DNA from: an uncultured Bacteroidota bacterium
GTDB taxonomy: Bacteria > Bacteroidota > Bacteroidia > Chitinophagales > Chitinophagaceae
Direction of reading: 5' to 3'
DNA length: 64,000 nucleotides
Assembly (NCBI GenBank): GCA_903912435.1
Contig: CAIWHI010000271.1
Coordinates: 23,327 to 87,326 of the forward strand
Part shown: piece by piece, positions 14,642 through 24,715 of the stretch
How the letters are laid out: each line of letters starts with the position of its first letter
Position numbering within the stretch: the stretch's first letter is position 1
Notes under the pieces: generated by a model
Databases searched by the model: none
Seen by the model: the letters and a program-made list of their open reading frames with translations, nothing else
What the model was told of the DNA's origin: nothing
Position numbers and translations under genes: made by a program

Positions 14642-14963
14642 TCACTTCTTCTTCACGCGATAAATGAAATATTATCGCCTTTGATTCTGGATTAATTTCT
14701 TGTTGAATATTAAGTAGTTTACGTAGTTTCATAAGCTTCTTAATAGCATTCGAGATGGTTTCTCTAGTTACTTTATCATTATTATCCATCTCTAGGTCGG
14801 TCAATGCGCCATGAAGGTTCTCATCGATGGATTCATCTACACTAATATAAGTTCCATCTGATAGCATCTCGGTTCGATAGTCTGGAAATAATGTATCAAT
14901 CACTATACGAAGCTGCTCGTTTTCAGGCAGCTTTTTCTTTTTCTTCTTCCATAATGAAAACAT
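14622..14963 (-). CDS. hypothetical protein
   Basis: 113-aa ORF. Confidence 0.65.
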   Translation of the reverse strand: MFSLWKKKKKKLPENEQLRIVIDTLFPDYRTEMLSDGTYISVDESIDENLHGALTDLEMDNNDKVTRETISNAIKKLMKLRKLLNIQQEINPESKAIIFHLSREEEVIECDES

Positions 14964-14966
14964 GAC

Positions 14967-15362
14967 TTATCTCTTTTTACCTAAGTTATATTTTGCTACC
15001 AGTTCCCATTGATCTTTATCTTTATGAGATATGATCTTAATCTGACTTATTGGTGCTCTGGTTTCAAAGTATTCATCGCAGCTTTCGATAATAACTAGGT
15101 TCCATTCTTCTAATAAGGCAGCGATGGTATTTCTTCTAGCAATATCTTCATCTGAGATATTAGTTGGCTTACCATCAAGAGCGAACATCTCCTTGAAGTG
15201 AACGATGTAGTACTTTCCCTTCTTGTGCAAGATGTGACAAGATTGAAATAGTTTATTCTCTTTTTTTGATGCTACGCCAATTCTGGTAAGCGTCTCTTTT
15301 ACTTTTAAGAAGTCTACCTCAGTTCTTAGGCTTACCTCTAAGAATGATTCGATAATAGACAT
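14967..15362 (-). CDS. regA: translational repressor RegA
   Basis: DFLKVKETLTRIGVAS..LFQSCHILHKKGKYYIVHFKE. Confidence 0.96.
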   Translation of the reverse strand: MSIIESFLEVSLRTEVDFLKVKETLTRIGVASKKENKLFQSCHILHKKGKYYIVHFKEMFALDGKPTNISDEDIARRNTIAALLEEWNLVIIESCDEYFETRAPISQIKIISHKDKDQWELVAKYNLGKKR

Positions 15363-15382
15363 AGCAATACTCCATTTTTATT

Positions 15383-15796
15383 CTATTTATTTTTGAAGTT
15401 TTTTAGATCTGGGTATACATACTTAGACAAAAACTCATCTTGTTGCTTTTTGTCAAGCACTTTCCAGAACTGCTTTGTCCTAATCATGTTATAGCCAATC
15501 TTAGAGCCGACATCTTTCAAGATCTGCTCTAGTTTCTTATCGGCTTCAGACTTCTTAAGCCAAGCTTTATACTTCAACTTTTTCTGAGGGATCGCCTGGT
15601 AATAGAAGTCGTATTGCATGTCCTTGTCGAGGAAGTGATAGAGATTCATCATTTCTGCTTCTTCGAAGGTTTCGATATGCGACGCAAAGTAACGGTTCGC
15701 TATCCAAGGAACGAATTCCTTGGAGTTCTCGCCGAAGTAGTTCTTTTTGTCCGTGATTGAGAAGATCATCTTCCATACGTCTACTGCCTCACTCAT
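15383..15796 (-). CDS. 62: clamp loader small subunit gp62
   Basis: Synteny 45-44-62-regA; PWIANRYF..MQYDFY. Confidence 0.85.
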   Translation of the reverse strand: MSEAVDVWKMIFSITDKKNYFGENSKEFVPWIANRYFASHIETFEEAEMMNLYHFLDKDMQYDFYYQAIPQKKLKYKAWLKKSEADKKLEQILKDVGSKIGYNMIRTKQFWKVLDKKQQDEFLSKYVYPDLKNFKNK

Positions 15797-16734
15797 ACGA
15801 ACTCACAGTTCATCATTACTTCGATGAAGAATGAGACCAGATTGATCTCTGGATCTGCAACAAAAGCGGCTTTGTATTGATATTCGGCGATCAGCTTTAT
15901 CAATGGCGGGACAGAGCGCTTAGTGAAATAAGTAGAAGCATGATCATAAATCGAACGAAAGATCGATGCCGTTTCAATATCTGAGTTCTCATGAACCCAC
16001 TTACGAACTTCATCAAACTGCTTATTCTTGCAGAATCCGATGACTGTGCTAATTGTTGCATCTTGGAAGTTAGTCAAAATACCACTATCGATAGCACCGG
16101 CAGCAGAATAACGCTGCAACTCATTAAGACAACGACGCCAATCGGGGAAGTGCTTTTGAATAACCGCACCAAGCACAGCACGCTCATAGCCGACTTTTTC
16201 CTTGATAAGGATTTCTTCGACGAGCTTAAGAAACTTAACAGCCAAATTGGCCATCTCTTTCTTAGAGATGCGAAGGTCAATGACAGCGCAACGAGAATGT
16301 AGCGGATCAATAATCTTATTCTTGTAATTACAAGTCAGAATAAATCCACAGTTCTTCGAGAACTCTTCCATAAAGTTACGAAGCGCTGGTTGAGTAGAGT
16401 TCGGATTAAGATAATCAGCCTCGTCGAGGATGACGTATTTCTTACCACCAGTAAAAGAGATGGACGAAGCAAAGTTCAAAATTTCATTTCGAAGCGTGTC
16501 AATATTACCATTCATAGAACCATTGATCATGATATAATCACAACCGAGTTGCTCTAACATGGCTCGAGCGACGGTTGTCTTACCGACACCTGCACTACCA
16601 GCCAAAATCAAGTTGGGAATATTCTTTTGATCTACAAAGGTCTGAAAAGTCTGTTTGAGTTCTACGGGTAGAATCACATCTTCAATTTTACGCGGTCGAT
16701 ATTTCTCGACCCACAGAAAGTTTTCAAGCATCAT
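15793..16734 (-). CDS. 44: clamp loader ATPase gp44
   Basis: WVEKYRP, GSAGVGKTT, LDEAD, SRC. Confidence 0.96.
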   Translation of the reverse strand: MMLENFLWVEKYRPRKIEDVILPVELKQTFQTFVDQKNIPNLILAGSAGVGKTTVARAMLEQLGCDYIMINGSMNGNIDTLRNEILNFASSISFTGGKKYVILDEADYLNPNSTQPALRNFMEEFSKNCGFILTCNYKNKIIDPLHSRCAVIDLRISKKEMANLAVKFLKLVEEILIKEKVGYERAVLGAVIQKHFPDWRRCLNELQRYSAAGAIDSGILTNFQDATISTVIGFCKNKQFDEVRKWVHENSDIETASIFRSIYDHASTYFTKRSVPPLIKLIAEYQYKAAFVADPEINLVSFFIEVMMNCEFV

Positions 16735-16798
16735 ATAACTCCATAATAAAAAAACGCTAGCCAGGAACTTTATTACTACTGGCTAGCGAAAATGTCAA

Positions 16799-17452
16799 CT
16801 AAAAAGTAGAAGTCGACTCAATAGCAATCCAGTAGGTTGCTTCATTACCAATGAACTGAGAGATGCCCTTAGAAGACAACTTAACATTGTAGTCACCCTC
16901 GATCATCTTTAGATTCTCAGACTTAAAGATTGCTCGGAATGTCTTATCAGTTTCACCGATCTCAATGTTATAGGTATCAGCGGAAGTATCCTTGGAATTG
17001 ACGGCTTGTAGCATAATTTTATCACCGTCACCAGCGATGGCAACTTCCGGAAGACCCAGGACTCCAAGAGCTTTGGTGATGCTCTGAATATCCTTACTGG
17101 ACACCTTGCATTCCACATCGATAGTCGGAAGCTTGATCTCCTTGTCAGGCGGAGTCAAGATCACCGATGCATCGGCGAAGTGATAGTTCATGGAATGACC
17201 ATTGCCCTTGATATGAACACTCGTTTCACCAAAGATAAGCTCCGGGTCATTTACCAAAGAAATACAGCTAATGAAACGATTGAGCTCATAAATGGCAAAC
17301 TTATGAGCAAAGGTATCAGGGATAGTGGCCTTGGCCATGATCGTCTTATTGGAAGACATAGTTGTCAAGACATGGCCTTCCTTAATGACAATGGACTTAT
17401 TGATATTAGCGAAGTTCTTCAGGATATTCAAAGTCTTTGCGTTTAGTTTCAT
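16799..17452 (-). CDS. 45: sliding clamp gp45
   Basis: MKLNAKTLNILKNFANINKSI..YWIAIE. Confidence 0.95.
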   Translation of the reverse strand: MKLNAKTLNILKNFANINKSIVIKEGHVLTTMSSNKTIMAKATIPDTFAHKFAIYELNRFISCISLVNDPELIFGETSVHIKGNGHSMNYHFADASVILTPPDKEIKLPTIDVECKVSSKDIQSITKALGVLGLPEVAIAGDGDKIMLQAVNSKDTSADTYNIEIGETDKTFRAIFKSENLKMIEGDYNVKLSSKGISQFIGNEATYWIAIESTSTF

Positions 17453-17467
17453 GATATAAATTCCTAA

Positions 17468-18313
17468 TTATTTCTTTTTCTTGAGAAGTGCGGGGTCAGC
17501 GGTAGCAGCTGCACCGATAGATGCAAGGTCAGCAAGTGATCCACCAAAGATGTAAGATCCAACATGCTGCATCTTCATCCATGGGCAATACCAAGTCTTC
17601 AAACCAATCTTAGAAAGGTAATGACAGAACCAATAGTCTTCAGAAAGATAACGCTTTGATTCCGGTTCGATTTCGGCTTGGAAATACATCATAATCTCAC
17701 GAGAACCATCAAAGTGTTCTGTGCGAACATGATCTGGCTTATAATGATATTGAGGATAAGCGGCGCGGAACTTTTCAAAAGTAGAACGGCGGATCATCAT
17801 AAATCCGGTTCCGACTTCAGATACTTCAATCGGCTCATCGATGCGGAAAGAACCACCGCCACCCTTTGGATTGAAAACATAGTCACCAACGAAACGCTCT
17901 AGGACATTAGGATCTTCATCGGCGATGCCCTTATCGACTGCCAACTTAATCTTTTCCCAGCTAATGCACTTCTTAGGGTATGGGCCGGCCAAGACATCAT
18001 AATCAGAATCTTCGCTTTGCAAAGCCAATAGAGCAAGGACGTCATGTGGATTGAATCCGATATCCGCGTCGATGAACATCATGTGAGTGCAATCAGAACG
18101 AAGGAACTCATCGACGCAATAGTTACGAGCTCGAGTAATCAAAGACTCATTAAACAAGAAATATGAGCGAAGAGTAATACCATTCGCTGTACAAATAGAA
18201 GCTAAGTCAGCAACAGACTTAGTAAACATGCCGGCACACATGCCACCATACATTGGAGCAGCCAAGAAGATACTACGCTTACGCATCTCTTCGATAGGGA
18301 CGGAAATTTCCAT
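17468..18313 (-). CDS. GT-A fold glycosyltransferase-like protein
   Basis: ESLITRARN, FIDAD, GTGFMMI, YLSEDYWFC. Confidence 0.75.
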   Translation of the reverse strand: MEISVPIEEMRKRSIFLAAPMYGGMCAGMFTKSVADLASICTANGITLRSYFLFNESLITRARNYCVDEFLRSDCTHMMFIDADIGFNPHDVLALLALQSEDSDYDVLAGPYPKKCISWEKIKLAVDKGIADEDPNVLERFVGDYVFNPKGGGGSFRIDEPIEVSEVGTGFMMIRRSTFEKFRAAYPQYHYKPDHVRTEHFDGSREIMMYFQAEIEPESKRYLSEDYWFCHYLSKIGLKTWYCPWMKMQHVGSYIFGGSLADLASIGAAATADPALLKKKK

Positions 18314-18316
18314 ACT

Positions 18317-18679
18317 TTATTCACCTTTTATTTTATAATGATCATTGTAGAGGGTTAACATGATGTAGTGCATAGCTTTCATCAAATCATCTTTGTTTTT
18401 ACCTTTTTTGGAACCGTAGCGCCAAAGGTATTTTTCTGCTGTATCTAGACAAGTGGTGGAAGCAGTGCCCCTGGCGATCCAGGCATCGAGACATTCAAGA
18501 TTTTCTTTTTTATAATGCTCACCATAAGTCCTATTGACATATTTAATCATGTCATTAAGGATGTCTAGTTCATTGTATTTATAATTATAAGTTGGTGGAG
18601 GTTTTATCGAATTAGCTGTTGGATTACCCATTATACAGAGTGCCGGATCGATATTTCCAATATTAATTACTTCAGACAT
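18317..18679 (-). CDS. DUF3310/gp1.7-like nucleotide kinase-like protein
   Basis: TYGEHY..KYLWRYGSKKG..DLMKAMHY. Confidence 0.7.
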   Translation of the reverse strand: MSEVINIGNIDPALCIMGNPTANSIKPPPTYNYKYNELDILNDMIKYVNRTYGEHYKKENLECLDAWIARGTASTTCLDTAEKYLWRYGSKKGKNKDDLMKAMHYIMLTLYNDHYKIKGE

Positions 18680-18690
18680 AATATATTCCC

Positions 18691-19890
18691 CTAGCTAAAA
18701 AAAGACGCAAGAGAAGAAGCTTCCTCACCCCTAAGCTCATGAGTCTTAGTATGATTATACTGATAAACTAATGAACTGTCAACATAATTACGCTTATTTT
18801 CAAGCACGGCTTTCACTTCTGTAGCCATATCGACTGCAGTTTGAAAGGGAACGTTCTGACAGATATGGTTATAGCTTTGAGAAGGCTTGAGAAGCTGGTA
18901 GTCTTCAGGCAGACCCATAATACTCATGGCTTCACGGTAAGTAATGTAACGATCTTCATAGGGATGAGTCAACATCTTCGGATAATGACCTACGAAAGCA
19001 CCAATATAATTCTTAGGGACGATAGTTCCACGGCGCATGATATTCTTACCATCATCAAGCTTATGGAACATGCGATCACACTTCTCTACTTCTTTATCGA
19101 GGCCTTGTTTTGCCATCCAAGCTCCAACTTGCTTGTAAGTATGTCCATGACCCTCGATCAAGCTTTTGGCATCGAAATAACGAACCGAAACATCTTCGGC
19201 TTGCAAAATATCGAAGTGCTGACGATGAGTAATACCACCATGCACTACTTCCAAAAGATAGCGATAATATGGATCGTTTGTCGGCGTGTTCTTATTAATG
19301 ACGTCCATCATGGAATTAGACTTAACATTAGTGATGACGTCTTCGATTCGAGTATAAGGACGACGGTAATATTCGAGAATCGGTGTTTTATCACCGCGCC
19401 AGAAGAAGTAGAAAGTTCGCTCACGAACCTGAGGAACACCATGAAGCAAACTCTTGGTGCGATATAGTGTCATAGTATAACCGTTTTTCTTACCAATCTC
19501 GATAAGCTGCTTACGAATCGGTTCACCAATCTTACCGGCAAGAGCTGGAGCATTCTCACCCCAAAATACTTTAGGCTTCATATCACCGAGAACATAATTC
19601 GCTGTCTCGATCATCCATCGATTATTTGGATTATGTTCACCGTAACCCATGGAAAATAAAGATAGGCCGGCGCATGGACAAACCGAAGAAACAATATCGA
19701 CTTGATGCGGATGACGACCACCCTCATCGATGACATGATAAGGAACTTCATGGTTCCAATAGTTTAATAGATGTGATTCATTTGCCTTAAATGCAGAGTA
19801 AGACATAATGTAGTCTGGTCGTGTACCAAATACTTTGGTAGAAGCAAGAGCTTCACCGCCAATTAGCGGAATAATAGTCGCATGTTTCAT
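18691..19890 (-). CDS. C5 DNA methyltransferase-like protein
   Basis: VCPCAGLS, GENAP, GVPQVRERTF, ITYREAMSIMGLP; divergent motif I (IPLIGG). Confidence 0.8.
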   Translation of the reverse strand: MKHATIIPLIGGEALASTKVFGTRPDYIMSYSAFKANESHLLNYWNHEVPYHVIDEGGRHPHQVDIVSSVCPCAGLSLFSMGYGEHNPNNRWMIETANYVLGDMKPKVFWGENAPALAGKIGEPIRKQLIEIGKKNGYTMTLYRTKSLLHGVPQVRERTFYFFWRGDKTPILEYYRRPYTRIEDVITNVKSNSMMDVINKNTPTNDPYYRYLLEVVHGGITHRQHFDILQAEDVSVRYFDAKSLIEGHGHTYKQVGAWMAKQGLDKEVEKCDRMFHKLDDGKNIMRRGTIVPKNYIGAFVGHYPKMLTHPYEDRYITYREAMSIMGLPEDYQLLKPSQSYNHICQNVPFQTAVDMATEVKAVLENKRNYVDSSLVYQYNHTKTHELRGEEASSLASFFS

Positions 19891-20981
19891 AAGAAATCCT
19901 CAAGTGTAACCGCATTTTGTATATTGGTATTTATATCTGGCTTCCTTATAGCATTCCATTCCCAACCTTGCCAATGTGGATAGAACTCGCGCGAAAGGTG
20001 AACCGATTTAGGTTTTTCCATATACTTAAAATCTAGTTCGCCATGCGTATTAATTAGATTCGATGTCCATCTAAAGAACTTTACTTTCTTTTTTTGATGC
20101 TTTATGGCTTCATCGATGAAAATGTTTCGAATCTGATTCCTTTCATGCCAATTGCCATAGAATGGTGCGCCTTCATACCAACCGGTTTTAGGAATGGAAC
20201 GCTTTGGATTCTCGATTGGCAATGGTTCATAAAGGCGAATAGTCGCTCCAGTCAGTTTGGAGACCCGCTGAGCCTCTTCAAAATAATCTTTTACAAGCTT
20301 ACGTGTAGCTTCTTCTGGGTCATGCTGCCTAGCCAGGTGATGACGGATGTCAATGTTACCGAAGTAGTATTCCAGCTCTTTAAACTTGTTACCAGATTCA
20401 TTAATGATAAAGCTATCCAAACCCATCTTTAATGCGCCATGCAGTGTTTTAAATGGAACAGAATTGACCATCCAACCGGGGCGATACATACAAATTGCAT
20501 GACTATCACCCATTGCAATCTTATCATAAAGCACTAGAGTATTAGGATTGACCATGACCGATTCCTTCTCCATTCGAAGGATATTATCCCAGTCTACTTC
20601 TGCCCAACGTGGATCAATTTCCTTGTTTTTTTCATTAGCCAAGTCTACCTTATGCTTAAGCTGAGCATGGTAGTCCGGAAAGTCAATAATCAAAGAAAAG
20701 ACTTTACCTTTGAACTTAGAAAAATTCACAAAGTTATCGACATGCGGAAATTCTTTTAGACCACCGAACAAGTTAAGATGGCCGCTCCAATCATTCCCAT
20801 GATAGACATAAAGAGCATCGAACTTATTGAAATCACTGTGGTACAAATTAAGAGACATATTAACAGTAACATCTACTCCAGCGCATTTAAGCTGATCGGC
20901 ATAAATGACGCCTTGACCGGCTCGATGTGATGATAAGTTCTTAGCTATAGGAATGAAGGGTGTGGCTAACAACGCGCGCAT
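19887..20981 (-). CDS. conserved hypothetical in base-modification cluster (SGNH-like)
   Basis: GDSH, FGNIDIRHH, KSVHL motifs. Confidence 0.65.
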   Translation of the reverse strand: MRALLATPFIPIAKNLSSHRAGQGVIYADQLKCAGVDVTVNMSLNLYHSDFNKFDALYVYHGNDWSGHLNLFGGLKEFPHVDNFVNFSKFKGKVFSLIIDFPDYHAQLKHKVDLANEKNKEIDPRWAEVDWDNILRMEKESVMVNPNTLVLYDKIAMGDSHAICMYRPGWMVNSVPFKTLHGALKMGLDSFIINESGNKFKELEYYFGNIDIRHHLARQHDPEEATRKLVKDYFEEAQRVSKLTGATIRLYEPLPIENPKRSIPKTGWYEGAPFYGNWHERNQIRNIFIDEAIKHQKKKVKFFRWTSNLINTHGELDFKYMEKPKSVHLSREFYPHWQGWEWNAIRKPDINTNIQNAVTLEDFL

Positions 20982-21864
20982 TAATATTTTTCTCCCAGTC
21001 GACGTTTGAATTTATCTTATCATAGATTGTCTCATCTGTCAACTGTGGTTCTTTACCGACGTTCCAGAATAAGATATTTTTGCCTGTATTTTTAGGAATG
21101 TACTTCCACACCTTAGCATCATAAGATCTAACTGCAGGAAATGGTGGGAGGTTCTTTTCCTTTTCATTGGTTTGAAACGGCAATGGTTCACTAATGACTT
21201 CAGCCCTTCCAAGTTCGCCTGCTTTCAAGTTCCTAGCTACTGCTACAGAATGAAATTTGGCATTTGGCCATGCAATTTGAAGAGCTCTGGATAACACACC
21301 GGTGGAGATAGCAACATAAACTTCATCTGGTGGATCAATCATAGAAGCAGCATGAACTATTCCTGCTGTAGCAAGTTCGTGTCTTAAACCAAGTGGAACA
21401 AAGAAACTATCATTCTTTTCTGCCCATTCCTTGGCGTATTTGTTCAGATTAGGCATAGCGGCGATCCTTTTGAAGATCGGCTTAGCACCTTGTTCAATAC
21501 AGCATGCTTGATGAAGTGAGATTGTTTGGCACGCCGGCATGAATAACACTACTTCTTTGTTTCGATGTCGAGCTACGTCTAAAATCGAGACACCGGCCAA
21601 TCCAACTCTTGGCTGTGAATAAACAATGGTTTTATGATTCGACTTAAATGCCAGTAAATCACCTGCTCTGGTTTTAGTACCAACGATAAGATCATCTCTG
21701 ACTACTCTAACACCCTCATGCTCAATAAGGACTGGATCTGGATTGTATGGTGTCCATCCTTCCGTAAGTGATAGGTAATACTTCTTAGCTTCTTCAAAAG
21801 TGCAACCTGGATAAAGATAAGCTTCTTTGTTAATTCCATCTATAACATGATTATCATGTGCCAT
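20941..21864 (-). CDS. fold-type II PLP-dependent enzyme (thymidine hypermodification)
   Basis: VRDDLIVGTKTR, VAISTGVLSRALQ, YDAKVW, LFWNVG. Confidence 0.8.
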   Translation of the reverse strand: MAHDNHVIDGINKEAYLYPGCTFEEAKKYYLSLTEGWTPYNPDPVLIEHEGVRVVRDDLIVGTKTRAGDLLAFKSNHKTIVYSQPRVGLAGVSILDVARHRNKEVVLFMPACQTISLHQACCIEQGAKPIFKRIAAMPNLNKYAKEWAEKNDSFFVPLGLRHELATAGIVHAASMIDPPDEVYVAISTGVLSRALQIAWPNAKFHSVAVARNLKAGELGRAEVISEPLPFQTNEKEKNLPPFPAVRSYDAKVWKYIPKNTGKNILFWNVGKEPQLTDETIYDKINSNVDWEKNINARVVSHTLHSYS

Positions 21865-22840
21865 TGTATTTTCCTGTTTTTAAAGACCAATTAGAAGGGT
21901 ACACCCATTCATATGGAATTTGTTTTGTTTGCTGTTTTACACCGTTTCTAATTGCCAGATGTTTATAATACATACAAAGTTTATCCTCAACATTGAGATA
22001 CTTTTGTTTCTTGATGGGATTAAGCGGATGCTCGACCAAATATTTCATATGCTGTACAAACTCATGTCCTGCTTTATTGGTCGGAATGTACTGTCCATTT
22101 TCATCGATCTGATATTGAGCTTTGCTCATATAATTTGGGCAGGCCATAACTTGGCTTAAACCATCAAAGAATCCAGTGCCACCATGAAGAAAGCTTTCAG
22201 GATCAACCCATTCTGGATGTGACATAGCAACGTGTCTAGCAGCATTTTTACATGGATACATTGCATTCTTGAAACCTTGGTCATCTACAAAGTGGGTATT
22301 CAATAGCTTAGCAAATTCCATCATAGTATAAGGTCTATTCTTAGAACCAAGCAAATTATGCATTGACTCTGCACATCGTGATGGTCCGGTCATCAACCAC
22401 TTTTTGACATCTGTTCCCTTAGGGTAATATATTTGAAATAAGTCGGACCTAGCATGCCTAACATTACTTTCCATTCGTTCTTTGAGAGCATTATTCTTCC
22501 ATGCCAAATAAGTCTGCCAATGTTCATTAGTAAATGAGAACAATACACAAGCATTTAATACAGTCAATGGATCTTTGATTTTAGAGACTTCATCAACAAA
22601 AGGACATTCATGCCAGTGAAGTCGGTGTGAAAATTGTTGATAATTGTCTTTTAGTAGTGAATCTTCTCGTTTATCATACGCAACACAAAAGTCAAAGAAC
22701 TTCGCAGTCCTTTGCTTTTGAGTCCAATTTTTCATCCAACTTTCTTTTGGTTTTTCTTTTTCGTCTAGTTCTACTGTAGCTAGATCGCTGTAAGTGATGT
22801 CGTGCAGATCTTCACCTAAAAAACTAATTAGTGATCCCAT
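21854..22840 (-). CDS. aGPT-Pplase2-like amino acid:DNA transferase paralog
   Basis: FSHRLHWHE, NVEDKLCMY; similar to neighbouring gene and cluster context. Confidence 0.6.
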   Translation of the reverse strand: MGSLISFLGEDLHDITYSDLATVELDEKEKPKESWMKNWTQKQRTAKFFDFCVAYDKREDSLLKDNYQQFSHRLHWHECPFVDEVSKIKDPLTVLNACVLFSFTNEHWQTYLAWKNNALKERMESNVRHARSDLFQIYYPKGTDVKKWLMTGPSRCAESMHNLLGSKNRPYTMMEFAKLLNTHFVDDQGFKNAMYPCKNAARHVAMSHPEWVDPESFLHGGTGFFDGLSQVMACPNYMSKAQYQIDENGQYIPTNKAGHEFVQHMKYLVEHPLNPIKKQKYLNVEDKLCMYYKHLAIRNGVKQQTKQIPYEWVYPSNWSLKTGKYNGT

Positions 22841-22921
22841 TTATTGTTCCATTATAAATATAAATATCTGTCACGGAGTTGGCGCTCCCACAGATTCTAT
22901 AACTAGTAAGGAGTTACAGCT

Positions 22922-23101
22922 GTGTTTATTTATTACGTTTACGCATATTTAAGAGAAGATAATACACCATATTATATTGGTAAAAGTCATAGGGCTTTTA
23001 CAAAACAATCTCATTCTACCGAAACTAAGAATAAAATGTCTTTAGCTAGGAAAAAATATTGGGAACAACACCATCTAAATAAATCTGTTTTACCATTTTA
23101 A
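22922..23101 (+). pseudogene. internally deleted GIY-YIG/NUMOD3 endonuclease remnant
   Basis: YYVYAYLREDNTPYYIGK joined directly to HSTETKNKMS; TATAAATA and AAGGAG upstream. Confidence 0.75.
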
Positions 23102-24239
23102 CATATTCTTTAGGTGAAATGTTAGCTTCTTTAATTATCTTATCATCAGATGGATGTGATTTTATGCCATTAAATGTTTTTACTAAACCAAGCTCTAACA
23201 TAGCCCTTTGTCGACCATATGGATGAATAAATTTACTAGAATTCCAAATTTCATCCATATTAAGATGATTATAATCATCACCTGGACGAATATAATTTTC
23301 CAAATATCTAATAAAGTCACAACAGACGTCCTCTGCATTATATGGAATCGACCCGGTATCTTCATAGATCTTCATCATAACACGATCTAAAAAGTCTTCT
23401 TTCTTCATTCGTGAAGTAGGATTAGCCAAATATGAAATGCATTCGACAGCATTGGTTCCATAATAGAACATCGACTCTTTGTTAACATATTGAGGGAACC
23501 AATCGGCAATATCAGCAATAACAGCTGCGTATTGAAACTTATAGGCATTCATGCCATTATCATTGTTCCACTTAAACATGAAGTCGCCTACTTCTCGTAG
23601 GTCTTTCTTTTGAGCTGAAGATTCCAGCCATTCTGCCATATCTCTGGCTAAGCGAGGAGCATATTCACAAAGGTAATAGTCTCCACCACGCTTATAGTCT
23701 TTAGTCGGCTTAGGAAAACTGGGGAACTGATATCCAATAGATGTATAGAAAGGGGCATTGTAGTTCTTAATAAACTTAGCCATTTCTTCAATCGTCTTGT
23801 AGTTATACAAGTGAATCAAAATGGTATTATGATACCCAGATGGCTTAGTAGAATAGTTAATCGCAGAACCGGTAACTCGATGTAAAATGAAAATGTAAAG
23901 CCATTCCGGCAATTTAAAATCGGAATGCTTACCAGTCCAATCATTGGCAACCATCTCACGCTGCCGAGTTACCTTGCCGACCTTCATTTTCTCCCAATAT
24001 GGATGCTTATCTGTCCAACCATAAAAGCAGTCATTAATGATTTGAGAGAAACCGGCATACTTCCTTTCGACTACGTCATAAAGTTCAACATGATGCATCA
24101 GGTCATCATTAACATTGCTTTCTAAATGTGAAAGCATCCCATAAGGAGGATTAGAAGAGACGTTACATTTTTCTTGTTGATCTGAAGCCATAGCGAAATA
24201 TCGCAAGAATTCATCATAGTATTCTGTAGTCTCAATCAT
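23046..24239 (-). CDS. aGPT-Pplase2-like amino acid:DNA transferase
   Basis: YDVVERKYAGFS, HRVTGS, NAEDVCCDFIRY; cluster context. Confidence 0.65.
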   Translation of the reverse strand: MIETTEYYDEFLRYFAMASDQQEKCNVSSNPPYGMLSHLESNVNDDLMHHVELYDVVERKYAGFSQIINDCFYGWTDKHPYWEKMKVGKVTRQREMVANDWTGKHSDFKLPEWLYIFILHRVTGSAINYSTKPSGYHNTILIHLYNYKTIEEMAKFIKNYNAPFYTSIGYQFPSFPKPTKDYKRGGDYYLCEYAPRLARDMAEWLESSAQKKDLREVGDFMFKWNNDNGMNAYKFQYAAVIADIADWFPQYVNKESMFYYGTNAVECISYLANPTSRMKKEDFLDRVMMKIYEDTGSIPYNAEDVCCDFIRYLENYIRPGDDYNHLNMDEIWNSSKFIHPYGRQRAMLELGLVKTFNGIKSHPSDDKIIKEANISPKEYVKMVKQIYLDGVVPNIFS

Positions 24240-24256
24240 TAATGTATTCTTTCAAC

Positions 24257-24715
24257 TTAAAGCATATATGCTTTGACACCGGCTTCTTTAAACATATCAG
24301 AAGTTAGCTTACCAGAGTCTTTCCATTTGTCGGCAATATTTTCTGGATAGCACATAAAGACTCGTTTAATGCCAACTTGAATAACGCCCTTAGCACACTC
24401 AGAGCAAACCGGCAAACCATAAACAAATAAATCTGCATCTTTCAAAGAAACACCATTCAATGTGGCATTATAAATGCAATTCATTTCGCCATGGATAGTG
24501 TATTTGTATTTAGTCTCTCGATCATTAAGGCGTTCAGAAGAATCATCAAAACGACGAGGAAAGCCATTATACCCCTGTGATAAGATCTGACCATGACTAC
24601 CAACTGCCACTGCTCCAATCTTGCTACTCGGATCTTTCGACCAAGTAGAGATATGACGAGCCATGTCAAGGTAGCGTAAGATCCAGCTAGATGATAAGTT
24701 CAAAGTGTCTTTCAT
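24257..24715 (-). CDS. dCMP deaminase
   Basis: SKDPSSKIGA, GYNGFP, HGEMN, PVCSEC. Confidence 0.93.
   Translation of the reverse strand: MKDTLNLSSSWILRYLDMARHISTWSKDPSSKIGAVAVGSHGQILSQGYNGFPRRFDDSSERLNDRETKYKYTIHGEMNCIYNATLNGVSLKDADLFVYGLPVCSECAKGVIQVGIKRVFMCYPENIADKWKDSGKLTSDMFKEAGVKAYML

Noticed and set aside
18841-19467. 208-aa + strand ORF and similar antisense ORFs (12021, 15991, 35307, 37092)
   Set aside because: Shadows of well-supported minus-strand genes
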